43,304 nucleotides of DNA, taken from assembly GCA_049599475.1 (NCBI GenBank), contig JBMYOQ010000034.1, positions 1-43,304 of the forward strand. The letters run 5' to 3'. The DNA is from Opitutales bacterium (lineage in GTDB: Bacteria > Verrucomicrobiota > Verrucomicrobiia > Opitutales > JABSRG01). Of this stretch, positions 29,000 through 38,077 are shown piece after piece. A model generated the notes under the pieces. The model made no database searches. It saw nothing but the letters and a program-made list of their open reading frames with translations, and was not told the origin of the DNA. A program made the translations under genes and the position numbers. Each line of letters opens with the position of its first letter. Position 1 is the first letter of the stretch.

Positions 29000-30397
29000 A
29001 TGCTAAAACCCCTATCTTACCTTCTTATTGGCCTCGCTGCGGCTGTTATGCCTGCAAAGGAGCGCCCAAATATTATTCTTTATTTGTCAGACGATCTTGG
29101 ATACGGAGACCTCGGATTCATGGGGCATCCCTATGCTAAGACACCGAACTTGGATAAGCTCGCCGCCGAAGGCACGGTCTTCATGCAGCACTATGTCGCA
29201 GGCGTGACTTGTGCCCCGAGTCGCACAGGTATCATGACGGGGGTGGCTCCGTCACGGTTTCTGCATTACCCAGCTGACTTTGGTTATGGGGATCAGCCAA
29301 CGATCACAGATATTTTGAGCGATCATGGATATGCCACAGGTCACTTTGGAAAATGGCATATGGGTGTTGTTGAAGGCGAAGGCGTTTACAGCTATGATGA
29401 GGCCTTTCTTGAGTCGAATAATAAGAACGATTTCAATACAGCCTCACGGGATGAGCCCTTGACTGATAAGGCTATCGATTTCATCGAACGCATGGCGGCG
29501 GAGGGCAAGCCCTTCTACGCAAATGTATGGGGCCACAGCACGCACTTTCCTGTGAAGCACTACCCAGAGTTTGTGGATGAAGTGGGTGATTTCGAATTTA
29601 AGCGCGAGGATTTCGATAATCCGACTATTCAGGACATGTTCGACAAGAGCCTTACGCTCAAGGAAGACCTCAAGGATTCGCTGACGCAATACATGGCGGA
29701 TGTCTATGGTATGGATAAGAATCTCGGACGTATTGTGGAAACGGTGAAGCGCCTCGGGATCGCTGAGAATACCATTATCGTATACTCCAGTGATCACGGT
29801 CCTGCTGAAGTAAAAGTCAGCGGAAACAAAGGTGGCCGCGAGTTTGAAGAGCACATGCTAGGCTATGCGGGTCCTCTGCGTGGCGGGAAAGGCAATCAGC
29901 TCGACGGTGGTGTCCGCGTTCCGTTTGTCCTATGGTGGCCTGGAAAAGTGGAGGCGGGTCGTGTGGATACGCAAAGTGTGACTTCGTTCTTAGACTGGTT
30001 GCCAACTTTGGCCAGCATAACTGGTGCTCCTGGAGTCCCTGAGCAATTGGACGGACAGGATATTTCTGATGTTTGGTTCGAAGGTCCTCGAGATCGCGGA
30101 TCAGACTTATTTTGGAAGGTGAATAGCCGAACTGCGCCTATCTCTATCCGCGATGGGAAATGGAAATTCCACGAAGTGCGGGGAGGCACTCCCGAGTTGT
30201 ATGATTTGTCTCGAGATTCTCGTGAGATAAACAATGTAATTGCAGATTTCCCAGAGGTCGCTGCGCAATTCAAGAAACGTCTTGCCGAGCTCAAATCTGT
30301 CTTGCCCTCAGACTACATTAAAGCGGAAAAAAACGACGCGCGCGCAATGGCCAGAGCCGGAGCCTACAATGTCGACTTCTCAGCGCCCGCATTCTGA
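29000..30397 (+). CDS. Sulfatase (S1, Cys-type)
   Basis: RPNIILYLSDDLGYGDL, CAPSRTGIMTG, GKWH, SSDHG and GGVRVPF. Confidence 0.94.
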   Translation: MLKPLSYLLIGLAAAVMPAKERPNIILYLSDDLGYGDLGFMGHPYAKTPNLDKLAAEGTVFMQHYVAGVTCAPSRTGIMTGVAPSRFLHYPADFGYGDQPTITDILSDHGYATGHFGKWHMGVVEGEGVYSYDEAFLESNNKNDFNTASRDEPLTDKAIDFIERMAAEGKPFYANVWGHSTHFPVKHYPEFVDEVGDFEFKREDFDNPTIQDMFDKSLTLKEDLKDSLTQYMADVYGMDKNLGRIVETVKRLGIAENTIIVYSSDHGPAEVKVSGNKGGREFEEHMLGYAGPLRGGKGNQLDGGVRVPFVLWWPGKVEAGRVDTQSVTSFLDWLPTLASITGAPGVPEQLDGQDISDVWFEGPRDRGSDLFWKVNSRTAPISIRDGKWKFHEVRGGTPELYDLSRDSREINNVIADFPEVAAQFKKRLAELKSVLPSDYIKAEKNDARAMARAGAYNVDFSAPAF

Positions 30398-30449
30398 TAA
30401 GGACGTCCTTATGGCCTAGGGGATAGGTCTACTTTCAATTGATAAGATT

Positions 30450-31964
30450 ATGCCTTTTGGATCAACGACAGTTCCTTCGTTTTACCGTATTGTCGCAGTG
30501 GTTTCTTTGTTGCTGTGCGTGTTGGCTAAGGCGGAGAATCGCCCAAATGTCGTAGTCATCTTTGTCGATGATATGGGGATGGGGGATTTGAGTATCCAAA
30601 ATCCTGGTTCAAAGATTCCGACACCGTATCTCGACGAACTGGCTCGTAGCGGTATGTTGTTCTCCGATGCGCATAGTTCAGGGGCGACTTGCACGCCGAG
30701 CCGGTATGCGATGCTCGCAGGGCAATATCATTGGCGGAGTTTCCAAGGGATCGCCAATTCGTTTGAAGAGTCAGTGTTTCAGGAGGAGGAACTTACCTTG
30801 CCGGAGATGCTCCAGAAAATTGGATACAAGACGGCTGCTATTGGGAAATGGCACTTGGGCTTTGATTGGGAGGGTATTCTGAACCCGGGCTTTGAGATCA
30901 TCTCTAGAAAAGGGCATGAGATGGCTCCAGAAGCCTTTGACTGGACCCAGAAGATACCAGGTGGTCCCACCGCACACGGGTTCGATTATTACTTCGGTGA
31001 TGGAACGCCCAATTTTCCACCTTATGTATGGATCGAAAATGACAAAACTCTGGATATTCCAACCGTCAGCCATACGCCGATTCCTATTCCAGAGGAAGGA
31101 AACGCAGAATGTCGTCCGGGCCCAGGAGTCCCTGGTTGGCGTTTGGATGCGGTTATGCCGAAATTGACAGAGCGTGCGGTAGAATGGATCGGTGAGCAGC
31201 AGGGCCAAGATGAGCCGTTCTTCCTCTATTTTTCAACGACTTCGCCGCATACTCCGATCGTCCCGGCACCGGAATTTGTGGGGAGTTCGGCTGCTGGGCC
31301 CTATGGGGATTTTATGGTGCAGACGGACTGGAGTGTGGGCCAGGTATTGGAGGCATTGGAACACTATGGATTCGCCGAAAATACTCTTGTTATCTTTTCT
31401 TCAGATAACGGAAGCCCCTCACGTCTCACTGAGAGAGATCTAAAGTTTGACCATAATAGCTCTGGGCAATTCCGCGGAGCTAAGGGACATACCTATGAAG
31501 GCGGACACCGCGTTCCCTTTATCGTGCGTTGGCCCGGAGTCGTGGAGGCTGGCAGTAAGAGCGATGCACTGACATCCCAAATAGATATCATGGCGACTTT
31601 GGCTGATATTTTCGGATTCAGTATCCCAGAGGGACAGGCGCGCGACAGCAAAAGTATGTTGCCCGTTTTAAAGCAAGAGAAAGAATCTATTCGAGATACG
31701 CTTGTGTATCACAGCCGTGGTGAACAGTTTGGAGTGCGTCAGGGAAATTGGCTATTGCTCAACGATGTGACCGCTCGCCAAAAGTCGGTCAGCGGTCGCA
31801 CGAAGCGATACGTTGAGAAGCATAGCTTCCCTGACATATCGGAAGACACCGAACTCTACAATCTCGGTGAAGACCTCGGGCAGCGGAAGAACCTGGTCCA
31901 CGAATATCCGGAGAAGGCACAGCAGCTGGAGCTATTGTTGTCACAGATAAGGAATGAAGGGTGA
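30450..31964 (+). CDS. Arylsulfatase-type sulfatase (S1, Cys-type)
   Basis: RPNVVVIFVDDMGMGDL, CTPSRYAMLAG, GKWHLG, PHTP, SSDNG and YEGGHRVPFIVRWPG. Confidence 0.94.
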   Translation: MPFGSTTVPSFYRIVAVVSLLLCVLAKAENRPNVVVIFVDDMGMGDLSIQNPGSKIPTPYLDELARSGMLFSDAHSSGATCTPSRYAMLAGQYHWRSFQGIANSFEESVFQEEELTLPEMLQKIGYKTAAIGKWHLGFDWEGILNPGFEIISRKGHEMAPEAFDWTQKIPGGPTAHGFDYYFGDGTPNFPPYVWIENDKTLDIPTVSHTPIPIPEEGNAECRPGPGVPGWRLDAVMPKLTERAVEWIGEQQGQDEPFFLYFSTTSPHTPIVPAPEFVGSSAAGPYGDFMVQTDWSVGQVLEALEHYGFAENTLVIFSSDNGSPSRLTERDLKFDHNSSGQFRGAKGHTYEGGHRVPFIVRWPGVVEAGSKSDALTSQIDIMATLADIFGFSIPEGQARDSKSMLPVLKQEKESIRDTLVYHSRGEQFGVRQGNWLLLNDVTARQKSVSGRTKRYVEKHSFPDISEDTELYNLGEDLGQRKNLVHEYPEKAQQLELLLSQIRNEG

Positions 31965-31969
31965 CCGTT

Positions 31970-31989
31970 GCGTCGGTAATAATCGACGC
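31970..31989. terminator. Hairpin between convergent genes
   Basis: GCGTCG-gtaataat-CGACGC, with no U-tract. Confidence 0.3.
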
Positions 31990-32005
31990 CCGCTCCGGCT
32001 AGTGC

Positions 32006-33145
32006 TTATTGCGCTCCAATTCTTAGGAAAACGGGTTCGCCGTCGGTGTCCTCGTGAGACGGGATAATCCTGAAGACTTGTTCTGTATCGAGAATTTCGA
32101 GCGGAACGTAGCCGCCGCCGATATGTAGGGAGTCTGCTGAAAGGGTGAATGGGGGGATGGCTTCAACACGGCTCGATCGGAGTGTCCGATTGCGAATGTT
32201 TACGCTTTGGACTGGGCCGTCGACCTTTACGAGAATTGCGATGCCGCCTGCGGGCATGATGATCTCACTGGGTGAGAAGGTGGCATTGTCCGGCGAGATA
32301 TCTTTGAGGACCGCATGGGTCTCAACATCGATGACTGAGAAACCGGTAATCTGTGGGGTCTCATTCGCGTCTCCGGCGTATTCCAATTCGGTCTCGCCTT
32401 CGTATAAGCGCGATACGATTCCTTCGAAAACGCGTATCTTTTCGTATTGCGGGTCTTCCTGTTTGGAAGTGAAGTCCACGACGCCTTCGAGGACTGATAC
32501 TTCTGAAAACGCTTCGTCGGCTTTTAGGGTGAATACTGTGCCGACGACTTCGACTTCCCCTTTAGGGAGTTCGAAACGCAGGGAGCTGCCTTTTGCCTGT
32601 TGCACGACTTCTACTTTTGCGAACCCTTGATCGAGTGCGAAGGTGCGTGTGGTTTGACTCTCTGGGTTTGTTTTATTGGAAAAAATGGAATCCGCCTCGA
32701 TGGAAATCTGGGTACCGCCGGATAGCGAGGTGACGAGGTGAGCGTTTGGAGCGGTTGTAATGGTATCTCCAGGTAGGATGGAGTCTCCGATTGCAAGATC
32801 CCGTGATTTCCCCGCGGCTGAAGTCTTGGTCACCGATCCTTCTAGCTGCGCAACGCGCAAAACCTGATTGGGATCGACAGAGCCTTGGAAGGGATTGAAA
32901 ATGAAGACAGCTGCTACGCTGATGATTAGGACTGCGGCTATGGCCGAGATCCAGGCTGTGGGCTTAAACGCAATGACCTTGTTCTCATCGGGCTGTCCGT
33001 GGATGCCCTCGTGCCGTTTGAGTGCTCGAATGAGACCATCCATAGCGCAGTCGCGTCCATAGGCGATTAAGGTCTCTTTGGAAGCTGACTCGGGAGGAGG
33101 TGTATTGTGTTTTCGGGTATCGCTCATAGCCAGGATAGCTCTCAC
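32006..33145 (-). CDS. FecR-domain membrane anti-sigma factor with an additional C-terminal domain
   Basis: One TM segment (WISAIAAVLIISVAAVFIF) and FecR motifs GDTITT, LDQG, EVEVVGTVF and VSVLEGVV. Lies directly downstream of an ECF sigma gene. Confidence 0.85.
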   Translation of the reverse strand: MRAILAMSDTRKHNTPPPESASKETLIAYGRDCAMDGLIRALKRHEGIHGQPDENKVIAFKPTAWISAIAAVLIISVAAVFIFNPFQGSVDPNQVLRVAQLEGSVTKTSAAGKSRDLAIGDSILPGDTITTAPNAHLVTSLSGGTQISIEADSIFSNKTNPESQTTRTFALDQGFAKVEVVQQAKGSSLRFELPKGEVEVVGTVFTLKADEAFSEVSVLEGVVDFTSKQEDPQYEKIRVFEGIVSRLYEGETELEYAGDANETPQITGFSVIDVETHAVLKDISPDNATFSPSEIIMPAGGIAILVKVDGPVQSVNIRNRTLRSSRVEAIPPFTLSADSLHIGGGYVPLEILDTEQVFRIIPSHEDTDGEPVFLRIGAQ

Positions 33146-33151
33146 TTATCC

Positions 33152-33709
33152 CTACGATCTTTCTAGGCAGATCCTGACTTGATTTCTTATTCTCGAAATA
33201 CGCTTTTCGACCGCGTGTAGGGTGAGGCGGAGCTGCTTGGCTATTTGCCCCAAGCTGAGTCCACCGGAATAGAAGCGATCTAGGATCGTCTTGGAATTTG
33301 CCGGGAGCCTACTGATACAGCGGTTTAGGCTGGCTAGACGGTCGTGCCAGTTCTCCTGCGCATGCTTCGTTTCGAAGTGGGCATACACCTGTTCCATGCC
33401 TTCTATGACCTCGGGCGATTGCATCAAGGGCATCCTTTGTTCTTTGCGAACGGAGTCGATTACCTTGTTTTTTACAATTCTGCGTAGGAAGGGGCCGAGC
33501 TCCCGAGAAAGATCCACGGTGTGAAAGGAACGCGCAACCGCGACACAGGCGTCTTGCACCACATCTTCTGCCCGCGTGTAGTCATAGTTCAGCAAAGTCG
33601 CGGCGTATGATAGCATCATAGGCCGGTGCTGCGTAATGATATCGGTAAGAGCGGTGGGCTCTTCGAGGTCGATATTGCTATCTGGGGTGTTCTGGTTGAT
33701 AGGCGTCAG
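33152..33709 (-). CDS. ECF sigma-70 factor
   Basis: Region 2 (AEDVVQDA...FLRRIVKNKVIDSVRK) and region 4 (LNRCISRLP..LSLGQIA...VEKRISRIR). The first ATG is at 33619, but sigma-like sequence continues upstream. CTG 33709 is a tentative start. Confidence 0.88.
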   Translation of the reverse strand: MTPINQNTPDSNIDLEEPTALTDIITQHRPMMLSYAATLLNYDYTRAEDVVQDACVAVARSFHTVDLSRELGPFLRRIVKNKVIDSVRKEQRMPLMQSPEVIEGMEQVYAHFETKHAQENWHDRLASLNRCISRLPANSKTILDRFYSGGLSLGQIAKQLRLTLHAVEKRISRIRNQVRICLERS

Positions 33710-33945
33710 CGAACGGTTGAGGTCTTGGGGCGCATTTCGACGGATACTCGAAAACCTTTAACTAAAATACAGTGAGGCCCTACGATTTCAACCGCGATAC
33801 AGGTCGGTATTTACCCTGGTGGGTTTTGTGCCAGCGGCCTGTTGATACTTTCCGCTTGTTTTACAAGTGTGCTCTATGGAGATGGGGTCCGGCAGTGGAC
33901 ATCGATGGATGGAGTCGAATAGCCCTGCCTTTAGAGAAGAAATAG

Positions 33946-34032
33946 GGTAGCAACCGATCTCCGAGTGGTTAAAGACATCAATTTCGCCCAGCTGATACGC
34001 CGCATTCGGCCGCTCGGAGATCGGCCGCTACC
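33946..34032. repeat. GTAG-type REP doublet (REPIN-like)
   Basis: GGTAGCAACCGATCTCCGAGTGG is inverted with CCGCTCGGAGATCGGCCGCTACC. Confidence 0.8.
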
Positions 34033-34304
34033 GATGACATCATCCTAAACGCAGCGCCATTCGGATGGATACAGCTTCCGGTTCGTTTTTACCTGATCAC
34101 GGACCTAGAGATGGAGCAAAAAGATGTGCTGATGTCGACTTGGGTGCACCCGAATAAAGAGACGCAGACCGTATTCAATAGGCTCATGGGTGGAAGCAAA
34201 CACGGGTATGTGCTCACCCCTGAGGAGATCGAAACTGCTTGTGAAGTTGCTATGGATCGAGCAGAGACGATCTTTAAATGGGCTTCGAGGAATCGAAACC
34301 GCTC

Positions 34305-35825
34305 CTAGGACTCGTCATTGCCGAGTGGGCGATTGCCTTCAAAGGCACCCCAGGCTTGGAACATTTCGTAGTCTTTTTCCTTCTGGAATGCAGCGGCGTC
34401 GAAGTTTGGATTTTCCTTTGGAAATTTCGCGTCCACGCTATTGAGGTAGCCCATCATCTGTTGCATCAGCTGACCGTGTTTTTCGGGAAAGTTGCTCGCA
34501 ACATTGCTGCGCTCTCCGGGGTCCTTGCTCAGATCGAAGAGCATGGGCGTATCCGGGGAATCATAGAAGTGCATGAGCTTGTAGTCCCCAGATATGACAG
34601 TGGAGTGCGGTATTTGACCACGGTAGTGCGGGACATGGAAATAGATGGGCCGATTGACGAAAGCCTTGTCGGGCGCGGTACCACGCATGTAAGGCGCGAG
34701 GCTTACGCCATCAATATTTGCTAAGGCATCGGGATCACCACCTGCCCAGTCGACGAAGGTGGGGAGGAAGTCGTAGTTTACTACATTCTCCTGGAAAACA
34801 GAACCTTTGGGGATGTCAGGCCCGTTGACGATCATGGGGACGCGGATGCCTGCTTCCCAGGCCCACCACTTGTGGCCGTGAAGGGGCTGTGTGAAATTAG
34901 GATCCTCGAGGAGATCTTTGCGGCGGTAACCATTGTCTGAAACCAGGATTACATAGGTGTTATCTTTAATCCCGAGAGCTTCCACTGAATCAAGGATGCG
35001 GCCGATGTTGGTATCCATATCGCGGGTCATAGCGAAATAGGCCGCGGGCCCCAAAGAAGGCCTTTTTCCGTAATGGTCGGCTAGTGCAGGGTGCTTTTTG
35101 TATTCCTCGAAAGTCGAGTGTAGTGCCTCGGATCCATTGTGGACGGCGTAGTGGGAGATTTGCAGATAAAAGGGCCGCTTGGCGCGTGTTTGCTCCTCCA
35201 TAAAACGGATACCTTGATCCGTTAACGAAAACATCAGCTTAGGGTCTTTGAAATCGGGAGTGATGCCCTTGGACTTATCGAGAATGTTGCCCTCATTGTT
35301 GGTGGTGTCACCGCTGTGCAAGACATAGCCCTCTGCTCCGGGATCTGAATACAAATGCCATTTCCCGAGGTGAGCGGATACGTAGCCCATGGGATTCAAT
35401 ACCTCAGGGATGGTGACGGCATCGGGATCGAGCGACGGATCTGAGATATTGGGTAGCATTGGGAATTTGCGAAATCGTGGTCGCTCGTCGTAGTAGTCGC
35501 CCTTTGTTTTGCCTAGGACGAGGGTGAAGCCTGTGCGGGCAACGGATTGTCCTGTCTGCAGCGATGCACGCGCGGGGGCGCATTGATGGGACCCGTAGGC
35601 ATTGGAAAATTTCATCCCTTGAGCCGCCATGCGCTCGACATTCGGGAGTGTTAGGATGCCATTGGCCGAGTTGGGGTTGGAGTCATCCATTTTCACCGAG
35701 GAGCCACCCCAGGCCCAATCGTCTACATAAATCATGACGATATTGGGTTTTGGAGCGCCCGTAGCGATGCACGCAGAAGCGAGTAGGGTCGTGATGGCGA
35801 GTCGAAGTGAAGGGATTTGGATCAT
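34305..35825 (-). CDS. Sulfatase (S1, Cys-type)
   Basis: Signal peptide from ATG 35825, KPNIVMIYVDD, CAPARASLQTG, GKWH, YAVH, VSDNG and EAGIRVP. Confidence 0.93.
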   Translation of the reverse strand: MIQIPSLRLAITTLLASACIATGAPKPNIVMIYVDDWAWGGSSVKMDDSNPNSANGILTLPNVERMAAQGMKFSNAYGSHQCAPARASLQTGQSVARTGFTLVLGKTKGDYYDERPRFRKFPMLPNISDPSLDPDAVTIPEVLNPMGYVSAHLGKWHLYSDPGAEGYVLHSGDTTNNEGNILDKSKGITPDFKDPKLMFSLTDQGIRFMEEQTRAKRPFYLQISHYAVHNGSEALHSTFEEYKKHPALADHYGKRPSLGPAAYFAMTRDMDTNIGRILDSVEALGIKDNTYVILVSDNGYRRKDLLEDPNFTQPLHGHKWWAWEAGIRVPMIVNGPDIPKGSVFQENVVNYDFLPTFVDWAGGDPDALANIDGVSLAPYMRGTAPDKAFVNRPIYFHVPHYRGQIPHSTVISGDYKLMHFYDSPDTPMLFDLSKDPGERSNVASNFPEKHGQLMQQMMGYLNSVDAKFPKENPNFDAAAFQKEKDYEMFQAWGAFEGNRPLGNDES

Positions 35826-36144
35826 AAAGAGATGATGATGAAATCTAAACGCTGTATTGGAGCTTCGTTGGTTTAGGGAGTAGATTTGGGTCGGTAAGAG
35901 TTTAAACGGCACGCCCTCAGAAGAATTCATCGGGCTATTTAGAGTAACTCATTTTCGAGGAGGCGGAGTTCTCTGATCGATGAGAATCACGAGGATTCAG
36001 AAGAGCTATTATACCAGCGAATCGCGAAAGGAGATAATCTCTGGAGGCCATTTTCTTATGCCTAGGCGACAAATGAAGTGGTTCTTCATGCATTTTGCGC
36101 GAATCCTCGTTGCGGATGGGCCACTCTATTGAACACCCGAACGC

Positions 36145-36174
36145 AAAAATAGCCGATCCTTTTGGATCGGCTAT
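36145..36174 (-). terminator. Rho-independent terminator of the PEP-CTERM gene
   Basis: Perfect 11-bp stem ATAGCCGATCC-tttt-GGATCGGCTAT, running into a T-tract on the minus strand. Confidence 0.85.
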
Positions 36175-36200
36175 CTGGACGATTCAATCCGGAGGGAAGT

Positions 36201-36965
36201 CTACGCGCGGCGTCGTCTGAGTGCGAGGAAGCCTACGAGAACTCCAGCAACGAGAGCGTATGTTGAAGGCTCTGGAACCGCTACGATATCTAGGGTGAGG
36301 CCGCTGACCCTGAAGCTAGTTTCTGTAGTGTCGCGAGTACCTATGAGGAGCACATCTCCGTCTCCTATTGTTGCTGAGATGGATGGAACACCATTGCCCT
36401 GAAAAGTTTCTGATAGAAGGAAGGTTGAACCATCGCTATCGTAGAGGAAAAGATCAATATCATCCGCGTTACCAGAGTTTCCGAAGATTAGACCGCTAAG
36501 CTCAAGAGTGCTTGTAGCAAGACCTGACGTATCAAATTCGATCACTAAGGCTTCACCCTGCATGTTGATTGTATTGTCTGCAAGGCCATCGCCTGGGAGG
36601 CTGTCCACGCCCATCATCGAGGCTCCGTTGTCGATAGTAACGAAATCGGCCGAAGAAGTGTACCAGCTTCCGAAATTGCTATTGGTCAGGTCTGAATTAT
36701 CTGTGCCCCAGTCGCTCACGGCTTGCACAGTAAAGCTGAAGGAATTTTCGCTTCCGGAATCTGAGAAGGTGCCTCCCCCTGAGACGAATTGATCACCCGT
36801 TACAGAAGGATTACCGAATGCGTTGGATACGGTGATGGTTCGAGAGCTGTCATTGCCGTTTCCACTCGTATCGACTGCTACCTGAGCGTGGAGGGAACTG
36901 GCCACTGCTAGGCAAAGCCCTGCTGCGCTGAGAGCTGAAATGTTTCGTGAGAAAATTGATTGCAT
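36201..36965 (-). CDS. PEP-CTERM sorting-domain surface protein
   Basis: Signal peptide ..ASSLHA, a Ser/Gly/Thr/Asp-rich body, and C-terminal VPEPSTYALVAGVLVGFLALRRRRA. Confidence 0.93.
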   Translation of the reverse strand: MQSIFSRNISALSAAGLCLAVASSLHAQVAVDTSGNGNDSSRTITVSNAFGNPSVTGDQFVSGGGTFSDSGSENSFSFTVQAVSDWGTDNSDLTNSNFGSWYTSSADFVTIDNGASMMGVDSLPGDGLADNTINMQGEALVIEFDTSGLATSTLELSGLIFGNSGNADDIDLFLYDSDGSTFLLSETFQGNGVPSISATIGDGDVLLIGTRDTTETSFRVSGLTLDIVAVPEPSTYALVAGVLVGFLALRRRRA

Positions 36966-37075
36966 GTGAACTGTTGGTTGAAGGTTAAACGTTTGGAATT
37001 TATAGCCTAATTGCTTTTCCTTTGCTTGGTCCAAGGCGACAGAGTCGTGAAGGAGTGTGCCAATTATGTATTCAT

Positions 37076-37840
37076 CTAACCGGCCGCCATCGAAGTGCGC
37101 GTGGCGTATTCGTTGCGGTACTCTAGCGGGGATGATCCACTGTGGCTTTTAAAACTGTGAGAGAAGCTGCTCGGGTTCTCGAAGCCGACTGCGAAACCGA
37201 CCTCTGTAATGGTCAATCGAGTGGACATGAGAAGGGTCTCGGCTCGCTGCATGCGGTATTGGGTGATTAAGCGAGCGGGCGAGCTTTGAAAGACTTCTTT
37301 GATCTTTCGTTGGAAGCTTCGGAGGCTCATACCCATGCTTGTTGCGAGGCCTTCGGGGCGGAGTCTTGAATCTGCGTGTCGGCTCTCTAGCGCTGCTTCG
37401 AGTCGCTCTAGAAACTGCTGGTAGGGTGCCGTGTTGATATATCCATTGGTCGGCAGAGATTGAGTCCTCAGATACCCGCGTGGCTTAGGGCTTGTGTCGA
37501 GTTGATCGAGGCGCGAATCAAAGAGCATTTCGCCAATAGATTGCTTGCGCTCTGTCTTTTTAAGGAAGGGCATACCCTGACTCACCATCTCCTCAGAAGA
37601 CATCAGGATCACCGGGATCTCGGACGTAAGGGGGTTGGACTTTATGGTGTCGTAGAGGTTCGTGCCATTTCGCTCTGAGGCTTTTATGTCGGAGATCACG
37701 GCATCGGGCGTGTGCTGGATCGCGAGTTCAAGGGCGTGGGCATGCGTATCGGTAGCGAGGACCTGGTAGTGGTCTTCAAACTCGGACTTGAGGCGGTCTC
37801 GGAGCTTGGTTTCTGATTCAACGATTAACAATTTCTGCAT
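37076..37840 (-). CDS. Atypical receiver domain fused to an AraC HTH
   Basis: LLIVESE..PDAVISDI..TSEIPVILMS, then TITEVGFAVGFENPSSFSHSFK..GSSPLEYR. Confidence 0.85.
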   Translation of the reverse strand: MQKLLIVESETKLRDRLKSEFEDHYQVLATDTHAHALELAIQHTPDAVISDIKASERNGTNLYDTIKSNPLTSEIPVILMSSEEMVSQGMPFLKKTERKQSIGEMLFDSRLDQLDTSPKPRGYLRTQSLPTNGYINTAPYQQFLERLEAALESRHADSRLRPEGLATSMGMSLRSFQRKIKEVFQSSPARLITQYRMQRAETLLMSTRLTITEVGFAVGFENPSSFSHSFKSHSGSSPLEYRNEYATRTSMAAG

Positions 37841-38077
37841 GACTTCCTGAGAAAATGAGTGGGTTACGAGGGGCTTTATTTGCTGCTCGAACTTATAGTC
37901 CTGAGAACCCCCACACTATACCGTGAGTCCTTGAAAATACGGTAATCGAGGCTGGCCATAGACCGATCATGAATTGCCAATCTGCCGGTATTTACCTGAA
38001 CTAGAGCGTATTTAATAACGCTTTCGGATTTGCGGTGTTAAGTTCCCAAGCTTGGAATCCGAATTTTCCCCTAGGCC

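Noticed and set aside
32145..32630. 161-aa plus-strand ORF
   Set aside because: It is antisense to the FecR gene and has a shadow-like composition.
34278..34724. 148-aa plus-strand ORF, and the other short ORFs nested in long genes
   Set aside because: They overlap well-supported genes on the opposite strand or in another frame and have no independent evidence.
35826..35930. N-terminal extension of the sulfatase (MNSSEG..HHH)
   Set aside because: The signal peptide begins at ATG 35825, so the extension is probably an incidental open frame.
37047..37064. Sigma-54-like TGGCAC upstream of the PEP-CTERM gene (minus strand)
   Set aside because: The -12 position reads TTCA rather than TTGC.
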